A DNA stretch of 63,204 bases, filler included, from Hyphochytrium catenoides (taxonomy: Eukaryota > Protista > Hyphochytriomycota), in assembly GCA_900088475.1 (NCBI GenBank). It is 6 parts of 6 records of this genome, joined end to end, with 100 filler letters (N's around TTAATTAATTAA, not from the genome) between each part and the next. Parts side by side here need not be neighbours in the genome. Positions count along the whole stretch, not along the records: positions 30,477 to 41,515 come from FLMG01004314.1; positions 41,616 to 43,039 come from FLMG01000741.1; positions 43,140 to 59,886 come from FLMG01001350.1; 3 more parts are not named here. One strand, written 5' to 3'. This document shows, piece after piece, positions 37,673-50,192 of this stretch. Position 1 is the first letter of the stretch; each line of letters begins with the position of its first letter. The notes under the pieces were generated by a model, which saw only the letters and a list, made by a program, of their open reading frames with translations, was not told the DNA's origin and made no database searches. Made by a program: the position numbers and the translations under genes.

Positions 37673-39883
37673 TCAGCTCTCCCACAGACTGTGCGGTAGA
37701 AGAGCAGAGCCTTCCATCAGCCGGCGAGCTGTGCGGTTTATCTCCGCTTGAGTTAGGAGCCACCTGATTAGTAAGAGACCGGGGAGTGGAAGAAGCTTAG
37801 CGATGGGCAAGGGATGGCACAGTAAGTGGGTGCGGAAGGGGAGAAAGAGAGAGAGAGGAGAACGGGGAGAGAGAGGGGAACACACTGGAGAACGTAAAGA
37901 AGAAAGAAAAGGGCCCTACCTTCCCTTCTCCTCCGAGTACTGAGTCTGACAAGCGACTTGCATTACTCCTGACGGTTGGCCGATCCGCAGCGTCTGGGAC
38001 AACCTGCTCCCATCAATCTTCTCTCTCTCTCCTTGACCTTCTACTTTCCTAAGGTGAACCATCTCATGCACGATGGTGCCCGGGATGAGCGCAGCTGCCC
38101 CTGTGCAGACGGCACCTGTCCCCGGATACGCTTTGTGTAGTTGTTGCATGAAGAAAAGGCGAGAGAGAATATCCACTTCTTCTCTTGCAACCGTTCGTTT
38201 CGGTGATGTGTACGTCTCGTAAGGTGCACAAGAGCGAGGAGAGACCAGGGCCAGAAAAGGAAGGTATGGGCTTTCTTTCTCAGCTCTGTCCCAGGAAGAA
38301 ACCAGTCCAAGCTGGACGGCCGCCTCTCCCCTGATCCTTTCAATCCAGCGGTGGAGAGTGTGATTGCCAGCTACCAAGTAAATGAGGACAAGCGAGAAGG
38401 GAATTGCATGAGAAAGAGAGAAAAAAAGATGAGAACATCCTCAGCTCACCTAACAAAAAGCAAGAGAGAGAAATGATAAGGAAACGAAGGAGGTATTCTC
38501 CGAAGACTGTCTAACCAATGGGCAATGGCGGAAGGAGGAAGGAGATAGCTAATATCCAGCAAGGCCGGACATGGATCAAGATAGCATAAGAGCAAGGAAG
38601 GCAGGGGCGCAGTCAAAAGAGAGAAAGAAAAAAGAGCAAGAGAGAAAAAGACACAGATACGCAGAGCAATGGATAAGCAGCGAGAGCGAGAGAGGAGAGG
38701 CCTACCAACATCCTTCGGGCCTTCTGTTCCCTTCAGGCCCAAACTCTTTGCCTCTAAGAAGACTGTTGGCGTTCCTGCATCCACCAGAGAGACTCTAAAG
38801 CTCTTTTTCTCTTCTTCTCTTTCTCCTTTAGCTACGGTCCAGGTCTCTGACGGGCACCCAGTCGGTAACAGAGATCCTGAGACCGCCCCTATTATAAAAG
38901 CAGAGGCCAAAAGAGGAAAGGGATCAAATGAAGAGACAGAACAAAAGATTCTGCGTATGGGAAAAAAGAGAGAGAAAACGAAGGCGAGAAACGGCACAAG
39001 AGAAGAAGAGACAATTTGGAAGCATTGAGAGACAGCGACGGAAGAGAGAGACAAGACGACGAGAGATAGAGGGCAGGGAGCAATCGCTGAGGAAGAAAGT
39101 TGGAGGCACCGTGAGCTTATCAGGTGGCGAACGCGGAAGAGACAGAGAAGATGAATGAGAGAAACAAGAGAGAAGTGGAGAGAGTTGCGCCTGCTAGCAC
39201 ATCCAGCAGGGAAGAGAGATACACCGAGACCGAAAACCAAAGGTACGAAGATTCTTCCAGGATTAACCGTTAGACAGTAAAACAATGGGGGAGAGCGATA
39301 AGGACTTTGCGAGAAGACTATGAACCGAAGAAAGAGAGGGAGAGAGAGAGAGAAAGCGCGCGCGAGAGAGAGAGAGAGGGGAGAGAGAGAGAAAGAGAGA
39401 GAGCCATCAACCTGCAGTATCAGCAAAGTCTAATTTTACTCTAGAGCCGGTCCCCGGCACTCCGTCGATGGCACACTCTCCTTCCACCGCCGCCTCTCCC
39501 TCTTTTACCTCTATCTCCGCCTTTAGAATGCACTGTGTGTTGGTCTGGTGGATCCGAAGAGAGAGAGAAGAAGGAGAGAGAAGAGAAGAAGAGAGAAGGC
39601 CCTCTTCCAGCGCAAAGCCTGCAATCCCAGCGGAGATGTTGCCGCAATTGCCATGAAAGTCGACCACTGGTTTATCGATCCCGATCTGCAAGTGCAGGTG
39701 GGAGACGGAAGATAGAGAAAAAGCGAGAGGCAGAGAGAAAAAGAACATATTAAGACACATGAGAGAGAGAGAGAGAGGGGGGAGGGGGGAGACAGAGAGA
39801 GACAGAGAGAACAAAGAACAGGATAAGACACATGAGAGAGAGAGAGACAGAGAGAGACAGAGAGAGAGAGAGAGAGACAGAGT

Positions 39884-39917
<34 letters not shown>

Positions 39918-40624
39918 CAGAGAGAACAAGAGACACAGAGAGAAAAGGAGACAGAGAGAGAGAGTGAGAGAAAGAAGGGGTGTCAGAGATAAGTGCAGAG
40001 TAGATGTCCTGTAGTAGGGTAGGTAATAGAGGGAAAGAGAGTAAAATCCGGGCGCGACAACGACAAATCAGAGATGCCGTGCCTTCTAGGTCTCTCTCTC
40101 TCTCCTCTTTCTGGTGCTTTCTCTTCCTTTCCTGCTCTCCTCCTTCGCTCTCCCTTCTCTCTCTCTTGTCTAATTCTCGCTATGTCTTCCTCCCATCGCA
40201 CCTGGGCAAACGTATAGTCCACATCCGCATCTGCCCTGGAGGGCGGGCCAATGATTGCCACCTTAGAGGTCAGCGGGTCCGCGCCGCCCAGCCCGTCAAT
40301 CTGCCGAGGGTCGGGGGAGCCAAAGAGCCGTAGAAGGAGTTTCTCTCTCTTTTCGGGAGCAAGGGGAAGATCTCTCGAGTGCAGGAAGAGGCCTTTGCTG
40401 GTCCCTGCGCGCATGATCACACAAGGAAGTCTCCTCTGCTGTCTCTCTCTTTCTCTTTTCTCCCCAGTTGCTGCTTCTTTCTTCTCCCCATGTGCCTTGC
40501 TGTCTCTTGCCTGCGCCCCGCCGGTGGAGGCATGCCTGACATGGTGACGGCAAGAGGCCAACAGACGCAGCTGTGGCCAGCAGCGACGCAGCGGAGTGCC
40601 TGGAAGAGACGCAATGAACGACAT
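37673..40624 (-). CDS. prpF: PrpF/Mii-family (methylitaconate/aconitate delta-isomerase-like) protein with N-terminal presequence, 5 exons
   Basis: Exons 40624(or 40678)-40202, 39685-39412, 38888-38706, 38370-37920 and 37763-37673. Motifs MRAGTSKG, GSPDPRQIDGLGGADPLTSKVAI, DVDYTFAQ, GNCGNISAG, IDGVPGTG, LLPTG, VDAGTP, HKAYPGTGAVC, RTARRLMEG. Confidence 0.92.
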
Positions 40625-41679
40625 GGCCCGAGCAAGAGAGACAGGACTGCCGAAGATCTGCCATCTACTTCTAGACATGAGACAAGTTGGCTTGATAGGG
40701 TGAAAGTCACTTACCGCAACAGAGAGAAGAGATCCCGGCGCCAAAGAACAGGGAGAAATAAGAGCCGAAGAGCCAGAGCCAGAGCGAAAGAAAGGAGGGA
40801 GAGGGAGAGAGAGAGAGAGAGAGAGAGNNNNNNNNNNNNNNNNNNNNNNNNAGAGGAGGGAGAGCAGAGAGGAAAAAGGTCGTTTCTTCGTGGAAGTTCT
40901 GATCCTCTGCAGCACGTCCTGTAACCTTCAAGATGCCTGTCTTTATTCTGAATAGTAGAACGCTTTTAATTATAATTAGTGTGATTTTACAGTAAGATAT
41001 AGGTTCGGATTCTGAATTTAACACTAGTCTTGGACAATTAACAGTAGTGAGACAGAGGGATGGACCAAAGAGAGAGAGGAGGGAGAGAGCAGAGAGAGGA
41101 GAAGGAAGAGGGGGTGGGGGGAAGAGAGAGAGAAGGGCCCTCTTGGTAACAAGACTGGTGTGAAGGATGTAAGTGAAAAAAGGAAGAGGCAAACCGAGCA
41201 GCCCAAGCGAATCGCTGAGCGAGAGGAGCAAAAGAAGTGGTAGATGACAGGAAGTAGCAGCACTGGTGAGCCTGCGCCAGATAACCAAGTTTTATTGTAC
41301 CGCTACACAGTGAAAGAGAGAGAGAGAGAAGGATGGGAGAGATGCCATGAGCCTAGGAGACTGTCTTTATCTACAAGGAAACCTGTGAGGCGGCGGCTCG
41401 GATTCAAAATGTTGACAGCGGGAAAGGCGTATGAGCGAAAGAGAAAGAGAGAGAGGTCAGAGCAAGAAGATAAGACTAATCCTCATAATCATCATAGCCG
41501 TCATCTCCTGTGTACNNNNNNNNNNNNNNNNNNNNNNNNNNNNNNNNNNNNNNNNNNNNTTAATTAATTAANNNNNNNNNNNNNNNNNNNNNNNNNNNNN
41601 NNNNNNNNNNNNNNNCTCGCAGCGACCTGGATGTGAAAAATCCCTCAACGATAGCAGCACTACTGAAGCAAGAGCGACC

Positions 41680-42463
41680 CCACGTTATTACTCCACACCT
41701 TGTACATGTTCTACAGGGCTACTAGTCTCCTAGTCCTCCTTCCACTACTAGTATGCAAGTCCTTGCAACGATGATGCTGAGGTGTTTTCTCTTAGATTAT
41801 TGCCTTAGCCTGTGCAACTCGAGACGACAGAAGTGATGGGTCAACAATGTTGAACTTGCTTAGTCTTTATACTATAGTCGTAGTAGAACGACTAGGCCTT
41901 GCATAACTTTTTTACTCTGTCCAAGTCTCTTGCTGAAGCGCCTCACTCTGGATCTACTACGAGGAACTCACAAGCCGCGTGTTGATAATGTTTACCGTCT
42001 TTCTTATCATAGAACCACTGTCTTGATGACCAAGATCTCAACATGGCGTTAAGAGAAACAAAGCTTTCAGGTCGAATGAACACATAGAAAAGGATCCACT
42101 TGTAGACCTACTTTCCTCCTCTCATCGCTGTCCATCGTCGTGCACTCCTCGCTTTCCCTTCGGCCCTTTCTTCGTTCTGTCTATCATCTCTTCTTCTTCT
42201 TCTTTGACCAGCCACTGTTTCCCCTTCTTTCTTCTCTTTCTCATGGTCTTCCTCTTTCTCAGGTGCCCTGGCCACTACTAGTAGTAGAACTAGGAGTTCT
42301 AGGAGTCTACTGTGGGTTTCTTCTCTATCATCAGTCAGGGTCGGGGAAGGAGGAAGAAGTGCCAGCAGTACTGAATGCCAGCTTTTCTTCTTCGGACATC
42401 ACACAGGAGGTGGAGAAGGACAGAAGGATGTTATCAGTAGAAGAGGGAAGACTATTGCCTTAG
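41680..42463 (+). CDS. 3' fragment of a membrane protein gene (weak resemblance to pentameric ligand-gated channel TM region)
   Basis: Hydrophobic segments YRATSLLVLLPLL and SLWIYYEELTSRVLIMFTVFLII, and a terminal exon VPWPLLVVELGVLGVYCGFLLY...* after a polypyrimidine/AG. Splicing is not fully resolved. Confidence 0.25.
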
Positions 42464-42681
42464 AAGTATAAGAGGAGGTCGCAGGCTTATAGCTAATACC
42501 GCGCAGACTTTCTTTTCTCAGATCATCGTCCCGCGGACTGAGGAGAGGCTCGATCGTTCTCGCGACCACCAACAACAACCTCGCAAGAGTCAAATTTCCT
42601 CTCCCCTTGACAAGCCTAACAAAACTCCTTCCAGACCTCTATCACAAACGATAAGCAAGCAGAAAGAGGCATCAACAGAAG

Positions 42682-43039
42682 ATGATGAAAGGACGAAAAT
42701 CAGTGTCTTCTCCTACTTCTACTTATTCAGCTGCTAAGCTTCGAGGTCTTTTCGCGGTGGCGGCCTTAGGAATGTTACTAGTTTTCTCGTACTCCGCAGC
42801 TGCGGCAACCTACCACACTGCTCAAGAAGCTATCTCTCCGCTGACTATTGATGACCGGGAGGAGACTATGCGGAGCTCGCTTAGCCCTGCATATCCTGAG
42901 GACGGTTCTGGCGCTCAGCATACAGGCCCTGCAATGAGGACGCTTGCCGAGAGTTCATCAACTTCTTCTCTCATCTCATTTACGGCCAACGGGGCTGAAA
43001 AAGCTGGCAGTCCTTTCCATGGACGTAAGCTGAAGCCAT
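42682..43039 (+). CDS. 5' fragment of a signal-anchor/secreted protein, truncated by gap
   Basis: ATG-initiated ORF with basic N-terminus then hydrophobic GLFAVAALGMLLVFSYSAAAA; open until the spacer. Confidence 0.45.
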
Positions 43040-43139
43040 NNNNNNNNNNNNNNNNNNNNNNNNNNNNNNNNNNNNNNNNNNNNTTAATTAATTAANNNNN
43101 NNNNNNNNNNNNNNNNNNNNNNNNNNNNNNNNNNNNNNN

Positions 43140-43170
<31 letters not shown>

Positions 43171-43874
43171 CCAGCCGAGTAGTGGGGAGAGGGACGGTGC
43201 TATCAGGGCACGGTTGACCTTCCGCTGTAACGCCCACCACCCCACAAACCCGCTAACGGCTATCCATCAACGAAGATCATGAATCTAAAGTATCTTAACA
43301 AGAAACAGCAACTGAATTCTGCCCGTTTATTCTTAATAAGCCTTTCCATAGTGCTGGAGTTTCGTGATCTGCTCCTCTCTCATTTTCCATATTTGGGATC
43401 TCATGAGGATTGAGGAAGCTGTATTCCGGAGAATTTGGGAAGGTAATCCGAATCAAGGGCGCTTCCCCCTATGGCAGGTGTGGGGACCACCCTCTTCTTC
43501 TAAGAGAGAGACTAGAATCTACGCTGACCCTGGGACAAAGCTCCTTCAATGCTAAGAATAAGAAGCCGTTTGTTCCTAGAAAACTGATTCTGAAGATTTT
43601 TATCGGGAAATCAGGAAGCTGCTCTGATCTTCAGCCGCAGCACAGATTGGAAGGAGCACTATAGTACCTGTCTACAGGTTATGTGAGCCTCAATAGGCCG
43701 AAGCATCTGCAGCCCTTATAGGTTCTCTCTCATACGATGTTTAGAGGGTTCGCTTTAGAGACATGAACGGTCCTTGTGAAGGCCGGCTACTGCGAGTTCC
43801 CCCGAAGTGCAGCATCAGCGACAATATTTGAATTGACAGGGCCATGCAGATGGAGTCGACTGCTGAGAGAAAAG

Positions 43875-45735
43875 ATGGTAAATAAAGCCTCACGATCAAC
43901 TGGCAAAGAGATAGTCCTTGATATGCTCTCTTCAGCTTCACTGACAGCTTACAAGGAGGTTGAGAAGAAGTTTAAACTCCGTCGTCAGAATAATGGCCGT
44001 CGGGCGAAGAAGCATGCTAGTGAACAGGAATACTGTCCAATACCTATGGAACAAGTGCTACAAATCAGTCAGGTCAGCATCAGTCTCGAAACCAATAGCG
44101 ATAGTCCTCCTCAACCATCATTGAAGCTAGAGCACGGGCAGCTACCAAGAGGAGTTCGTCTTTGCGAGACGGACTTCAAGAGTCCGTTCAATGCGTCTGG
44201 GACCTGCCGCATTTACTCTGTTGGTGATTCTGAAGGCTTTTATGTCATAAAGGACGCATTGGATACTGACCACCAGCTGCTTTTAGCCTGGGAGAGCTTG
44301 TAAGTGGTTCAGCTGCCTTGGGCTTTTGCTCTTGTTGGGCCTAACTATAACCTTTTTAATGGCTGAATGGTCACTTCTTGTTTCTTCCTGGGTTCAGAAC
44401 GTTATACAATGAACCGCCATACAGAACCAACCTCCATGCACACCATCCCAAGGTATGGCTGTCTGCCTAGACGTTCTAATGTCTTTTCGCCGCTACTCGG
44501 ACTTGCCATCGCTGTAGTGCATCTAAAGAATCATACGGCTTCCTTTTCTGTGGGCACGGTGCACGTCCTTCGGCGTATTTCTCTCAAGCTTCTTGTTCTC
44601 CAGTGTGATGCTTTTCTCCATTATTGCGATCCCTTCAGCTTCTATTCTCTTCTTTAATCTTTGCGCTGTTCCTGCCTTGCATACGACTGCTAGCCTCATA
44701 CCTCATGTTTGCATGTAGGTGGCGAACATATGGAAGCAAGCTAGTGGCTCTGAGGACTTGATGTCTAAGGACTCACTGCTAAGCAAGCTTAGCTGGGCCA
44801 CTTTAGGGTATCATTATAACTGGACAGAGCGGTCATACTCTCGTGAGGATGTCTCAGACATGCCCCGTCTCCTCTCTCATCTGGCGTCCACCTTCGCCCG
44901 GGCCGTGGGTTTAACTATCCAAGCCGAGGCTGTCATAGTGAACTATTACAGAGTGGGAGCCTTTATGGGAGGCCATCAGGTACAACAGCTTTAGTAATAT
45001 CCCCTCTCTCTGGAGACTGAGTCCGTTCATAGGATGACTTAGAGGAAATTTTTGATCGGCCAGTTGTGTCGGTGAGCGTGGGCTGCTCAGCAATTTTTCT
45101 TAAAGGTAAGGGGTAAGCTCAGCAGAGGGTCGAAGTTAGCAAAGATTCTGTCTTCTATCCATCCCTAAACTATCACATCTCTTGCAGCTATCTTTCTCTT
45201 CGACAAACGTGCTTTGCTTCCCTTTATGTCTTTTCTCTCACCCCTTCTTTTACCTCTCACTTCTTCTTTCTCACCACTTTTGCTCCAGGTGGGCTCAGTA
45301 AGGCCGACCGCCCCCTTCCAATCCTTCTAGAAAGCGGAGATGTTGTCATTATGTCCGGCACCTCTCGTCTCTGCTATCACGGTGAGACAAACGAGGCAAT
45401 CTGGGCTACAATCACTCTCTTTAACTGATCTCTTCCCGCTTCCAGGTGTTCCTTGCATTCTTCCTTCCACTTGGCGCCGACCGCCCTTTCACCACGAGAC
45501 AGTCGAGGAGAGTGAGAAGTCCATTAGGCTCCAGGAATACTTGTCCAACAACAGGATTAATGTCAATGTGAGACAGGTGGGGCCTAACCACAATAGCTTT
45601 TCCTCTACTGGTGCATTCTTTCGATCGTCGCGCGTTTTCTTCTGCTATTTGCGTCTGTTCATCTTTGCGGTCTCGGTTCTTCCGTGGCTAATAAGCGTTC
45701 CATCCTAGGTATACCCTGAGGATGGACTCGAGTGA
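43875..45735 (+). CDS. ALKBH1: ALKBH1-like Fe(II)/2-oxoglutarate dioxygenase, about 7 exons
   Basis: Motifs YNEPPYRTNL, KLSWATLGYHYNWTERSY, AEAVIVNYY..FMGGHQ|DD (HxD), PVVSVSVGCSAIFL, LESGDVVIMSG.SRLCYHGVP, RINVNVRQ|VYP. Start could be 43875 or 43923. Confidence 0.92.
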
Positions 45736-46037
45736 AGGTGCAGGTCAGCGGCATATCTTTCGTTGATTAGTCGATCCCTCCTATGCTTGATGGCCAGCCT
45801 TTCGCTTAAGCGGTGTGGGCTGCAGTTGACAGGCCAACGACAGGTGCTGGGGAGACATTTCTACCCTGCTGTGAGCTACAGCGAAGGTGGTAATGCCGCA
45901 GAGTGAGCATTATCACAGTCGAGGAGTCATGAGAAAGGGGTTATAAGTTGTATCCCTTGCCTAAGAACCAGGGGCCAGAAGGCGAGTCTGATCCTGTCCC
46001 TCTACTTATTGGCCTGTTGGTCGCCGTTGTGCTATGG

Positions 46038-47663
46038 TCACCGTGCGGGATGGAGGAACGGTCCACACTTCCTTCTTAACCACATCGCAAACCACCTCTT
46101 CTCGGCTTCAAGGACGATTATTTGTTCCCAAGTGACATTCCTGAGGAACGTAATGCTCTGATGGCTGCTGAATGTTTGAAAGAGCCACCTTAACGACCTC
46201 ACATGGCCGCCCTCTACTGCCAACTCAATGGCCATCTTCAAACAAGGGGTTCCTGGACGGCAGGTGTGGGTTGCTCCACAGAAGGGAGGCAGCGGATGGC
46301 TTTGGCGGCGGACCAGAGGCTCTAGCCACTTCAGAACCTCGTAGTTACCGCCAGCAAGAGAGCCACTGATAGCATCGTTCAAAGAAAACCCCTGAAGGCC
46401 CGCCTGCTCAAACACCCATTGTAGCACATCCAGTTTCCATAACGGATAAGGGGAGACTTTCTCTCTTCGATACCAACCTTTCTGCTGATGGGAGGGTTGA
46501 TAATAGCAAGGTCCACCAACACCATTGCCCTTCAGCCACTTTGCCACCTCTAAGAGATTATTACTGAGTACTTGCTCCAGCAGATCATCAGACAATTCCT
46601 CAAGGAGCCGCTCACAGGAGGGAACCATCTCTATGAGCCATTCTACCTGCAAGAGAAGTCCGGTCTCAATGGAAAGTGTTAATATCTCATACATTCCTCC
46701 CTCGTTTTCGTGGAAGTGCTCAGGGTAGTCAGCGAGCAACCAGTCCAAGTAGAACACTTCTTGAGCATTGATGAAGGCAAGATCCTCCTCTCCATGATTG
46801 AACTTTACGCCTTTACGGTGCAGCCAGAACAGATTCTCTAGTTTCCCACCCTCTGCAGCCCTCAACGAGACCTCTTTCCGGTCTTTGGCAGCTACTCGGG
46901 GATAAACCCATTGAAGGGCCTCCAAGCTGCCAACAGCAGCAGCTTGTTCCAGAAGCATCTTAGTGCGAGGAAGAGTAAAATTCTTGTCCAGCCATTTCAG
47001 AGCGTCTATGCTTTTGACGGCGCAGAGGCCATACAGATTCAAGCGTTCCGGCGGTGTTGAAGGTGTTAGCATTGTAGGGAACGTGGAGACAAGCCAGTCT
47101 AATACTGGGACATGGCCTCCCTCTGAAGCCGCCATCAACAGATCTTCTTCCATTCTGTAGAGTCTCCTAGCGAGACAATTTCTGTGCTGCAATCCAAAGC
47201 GCTGATGTAGCCACTGGAGCAAGGACAAATGCCCTGCAAATGCAGCTTTGCAGGCCGCGCTATTGACTGTATCAGCGGTGAAGAGCTCCTGCTTGTTGTC
47301 AAAGAGCCATTGAAGTGCTACCAGATGCCCCTCTTTAGCGCCCTCAATCACTGCCTCTTCGGGACACTGCCAGTTGAGCTCTTTGTCGAGCCAGGCGAGG
47401 ATCATCACATCTCCACGTCGTATTGCAGCCACCATAGCGTCCGGTGAGAAGTCATCCAAATCTTGATGGAGAATCTGCCATAATCCTGCTTTGATGGCCT
47501 CATTTCCTGTCCAGTCTCCGCCTCTCCGCCCTTCCTGGAAGGACATTATATGGCGGAATAGATCCTCATCCAAAACAGTTCTTCTCTGTACACTTTCGAC
47601 TACATCCCCATCTTCATCCCTGCCAGTCTTAGCCTTCTTGGTATCCTTGGGGCTCATCATCAC
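46038..47663 (-). CDS. Ankyrin-like repeat protein, single exon, 541 aa
   Basis: Repeated AA..GHL..LQWL units (GAKEGHLVALQWL, AAFAGHLSLLQWL, ASEGGHVPVLDWL, AVEGGHVRSLRWL); N-terminal VLDEDLFRHIMSFQEG. Confidence 0.85.
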   Translation of the reverse strand: MMMSPKDTKKAKTGRDEDGDVVESVQRRTVLDEDLFRHIMSFQEGRRGGDWTGNEAIKAGLWQILHQDLDDFSPDAMVAAIRRGDVMILAWLDKELNWQCPEEAVIEGAKEGHLVALQWLFDNKQELFTADTVNSAACKAAFAGHLSLLQWLHQRFGLQHRNCLARRLYRMEEDLLMAASEGGHVPVLDWLVSTFPTMLTPSTPPERLNLYGLCAVKSIDALKWLDKNFTLPRTKMLLEQAAAVGSLEALQWVYPRVAAKDRKEVSLRAAEGGKLENLFWLHRKGVKFNHGEEDLAFINAQEVFYLDWLLADYPEHFHENEGGMYEILTLSIETGLLLQVEWLIEMVPSCERLLEELSDDLLEQVLSNNLLEVAKWLKGNGVGGPCYYQPSHQQKGWYRREKVSPYPLWKLDVLQWVFEQAGLQGFSLNDAISGSLAGGNYEVLKWLEPLVRRQSHPLPPFCGATHTCRPGTPCLKMAIELAVEGGHVRSLRWLFQTFSSHQSITFLRNVTWEQIIVLEAEKRWFAMWLRRKCGPFLHPAR

Positions 47664-50192
47664 TCAGCCACAATCACCGACTACATCGAGATCAGTCCCT
47701 GTGGCTACGGGGAAACTACCTGAGGCATTGAAAGACCGGGGAATCTGTGAGCGAAGATGCATTGAGACCTGTCTGTCTGAAGAGGCGAAGGACGGCGCGG
47801 CGGCTGTGATGCCTCAGCTTCCTCACAGATCAGAAGATCAGATGACTGTAGCTGTCATTGCGTCTTCTCATTCCAGGGGGAGGTCTGCCAGATCCTCAGA
47901 AAGCGGGGGGAAGGGGATGGCTTGTCATCTCTCCGCGTCCTCCCTCTTTTTCTGTCTTCGTTCCTCTCTCTCTGTCTCTCTCTTTCTCTCGTTTTCTGTG
48001 TCTATCTCTCTCTTTCTCTCTCTGTGTCTCTCTTTCTCTCTCTGTGTATGTCTCTCTCTTTCTCTCTCTGTGTCTCTCTTTCTCTCTCTGTGTAGGTCTC
48101 TCTCTCTCTCTGTCTCTCTCTCTATTTCTCCCATCATCACGCTCTGGAAGTCTCACGCAGATATCAAAGATCCGGTTTTGGCGGCGGGAGAGATGCGTCA
48201 TGATGGCAGGATTGGCTCGCCACGCGACTCATCAGGACGGGACTCCTACCAAGACAGCGAAGTTGGGCCAAGAGACTACCTTAAGATGCATGAGGGAACC
48301 CAGAAAGCTCACGGTAGGGGAAAGAAGCTCGTGACTGCTGCTACTAAGGCTGATACTACTGCTCCTACTAAGGACCTCTACGCAGCCTTGCGTGCTGCTA
48401 CGCCTTGTACCTCTCTGATGCGGTGAGTGGTTCCCAAGTCTAGGTATATTGGAGTGAGAAATGAAGGGATCGGAGAGGCAGAAGGCGTAGTAGCATGCAA
48501 GGCCGTGTAGAGTCCAAGAGGAGCAGTCGTATTAGGCTCAGTATCGGAGTCACTGGCTCCATTCCTACAAGGCTTGGTGGGGCCACGTTTCTTCCTTGGA
48601 GGAGGTAGGCCGTAACCTGAATGTCATGCTTCAAGGGAACGTTTGTGACAAGGTTTGTCGCAGTATAGGCAAACTATTGCAAGCCTCTGAGGAGTAGTGG
48701 TCGTAGAAAGACCACGACGAGGATCCTGCACAGAAGGCTTTGGATGATTGGTGGTACAGAGGGAGAGAGAGAGGAGGCGGGGAAAGGCGGTGAGAGGATC
48801 ACAGAGAGAAGGCACTGACGACCATCACAGAAAACGACGACGGGCGAGAAATTTAGAAAGGAAGAATGCTCATCTACTGTTTGCTGTCCTCCTGTTGTCT
48901 CGCTCGTCGTCAGCTTGATGGAGGTCAGTGCAATGACCGAAGAGACTGCAGAGCATAGGAGGAGGAAAGGAGGACAAAGAAGAAGGAAGGAATTGATGAA
49001 GGAAAAAGTGATGAAGGGTCTTTGCTTCTCATGGCTCTAAAGGAAGTGCAGCGCCTAAGAGCAAGATAAAGAGCTTCAAAAAGTAATGAAGAGAAACCAG
49101 TAGAAGAAGAAGAGGGGCAGCAGATGCGTCTTAGCTTATATCCTTATTACCTTCACTCGCACTTCTCTCCACATCTCAAGCATCCTAACGCTTGCTTTCT
49201 CCCCTCCTCCTTTTCATTCTCTTCCCTTGCTCCCTTTATATTATCAGGCCCTTCTTACTTGGCTAACGTCTCCTTTGTCCATCATTTCCCAAGAAGTATT
49301 AGTAGTTATCATGATCTCCTTTCTGTCCGCCCAGTCTTCTTCGCTGCTGGGCGAGTTGATGAGGCAGGTAAATAGTTTGACTGACTAACTCCACGGATTT
49401 CTTAAATAAGCGCAGCGAGGCACAGGGGATACAAAGGAAGGATTGATGAGCTAATGATGCGGTTATCTGCCCTAGCTGACGGGCAATCTGAATATCAGTA
49501 AACTCATAGTGACCTGCAAGAACTGTGCTGCCCACAAGATCAAGGCCGGGACTGCCGGTTGGCGGGGTGTAAGTGTAGAAGCAGCTATGGCAGGGAATTT
49601 CTTTTGCTGCCTGGTCGTTCTTGCAATGATGACTGTTGTCTGATAGTTAGTAAGCAAGAAGACGATGGGGTGCGAGGAGTCATCCTTCAGTATCTTATTA
49701 ACTCGCTTGTCAGTAGGCCGCTGATAGCAGTGCCTTACATCGTACATCAAAACCTTTGTGCACACGGGGAACAATATTGAAGTCGTTCCTCAATCTCCTC
49801 TGCTAACGAAGACTTGGGAGGTCTCCCTGCTTACCGAAGAGTTACTACTTGAAGGCCTATCAGCTCCACCTGATGAGACGAGGGGCGTTGATCCCTGGCT
49901 CCTCTTCTCTTCCTATGGCTGACTCTTCCTATGGCTGAAATGCAGAGCGTGGTCTTTTGCACGATGGCCTCCCTCAGTCAGTCGCAAAAGATAGCGACGA
50001 CATTTGAAGGCGCTGTGTGTGCGGAGGGAGGATGATTAGGAGAAAGTTGTGGCGGTCGAGAAGGGCGGGCGAGGAGGATATGGCTTTAGGCAATTTATTG
50101 AAGATTATTGAAGAACATAGCTAACTATATAAATGTATGGAGAACAAGACAGCCTTAGGGCTTAAATGGGAAGACATCGTCCCGTAGGCCTT

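Noticed and set aside
48440-50000. Possible small exons and a 16-bp tandem duplication near 49907-49938
   Set aside because: No coherent reading frame could be built, and the duplication is unremarkable.
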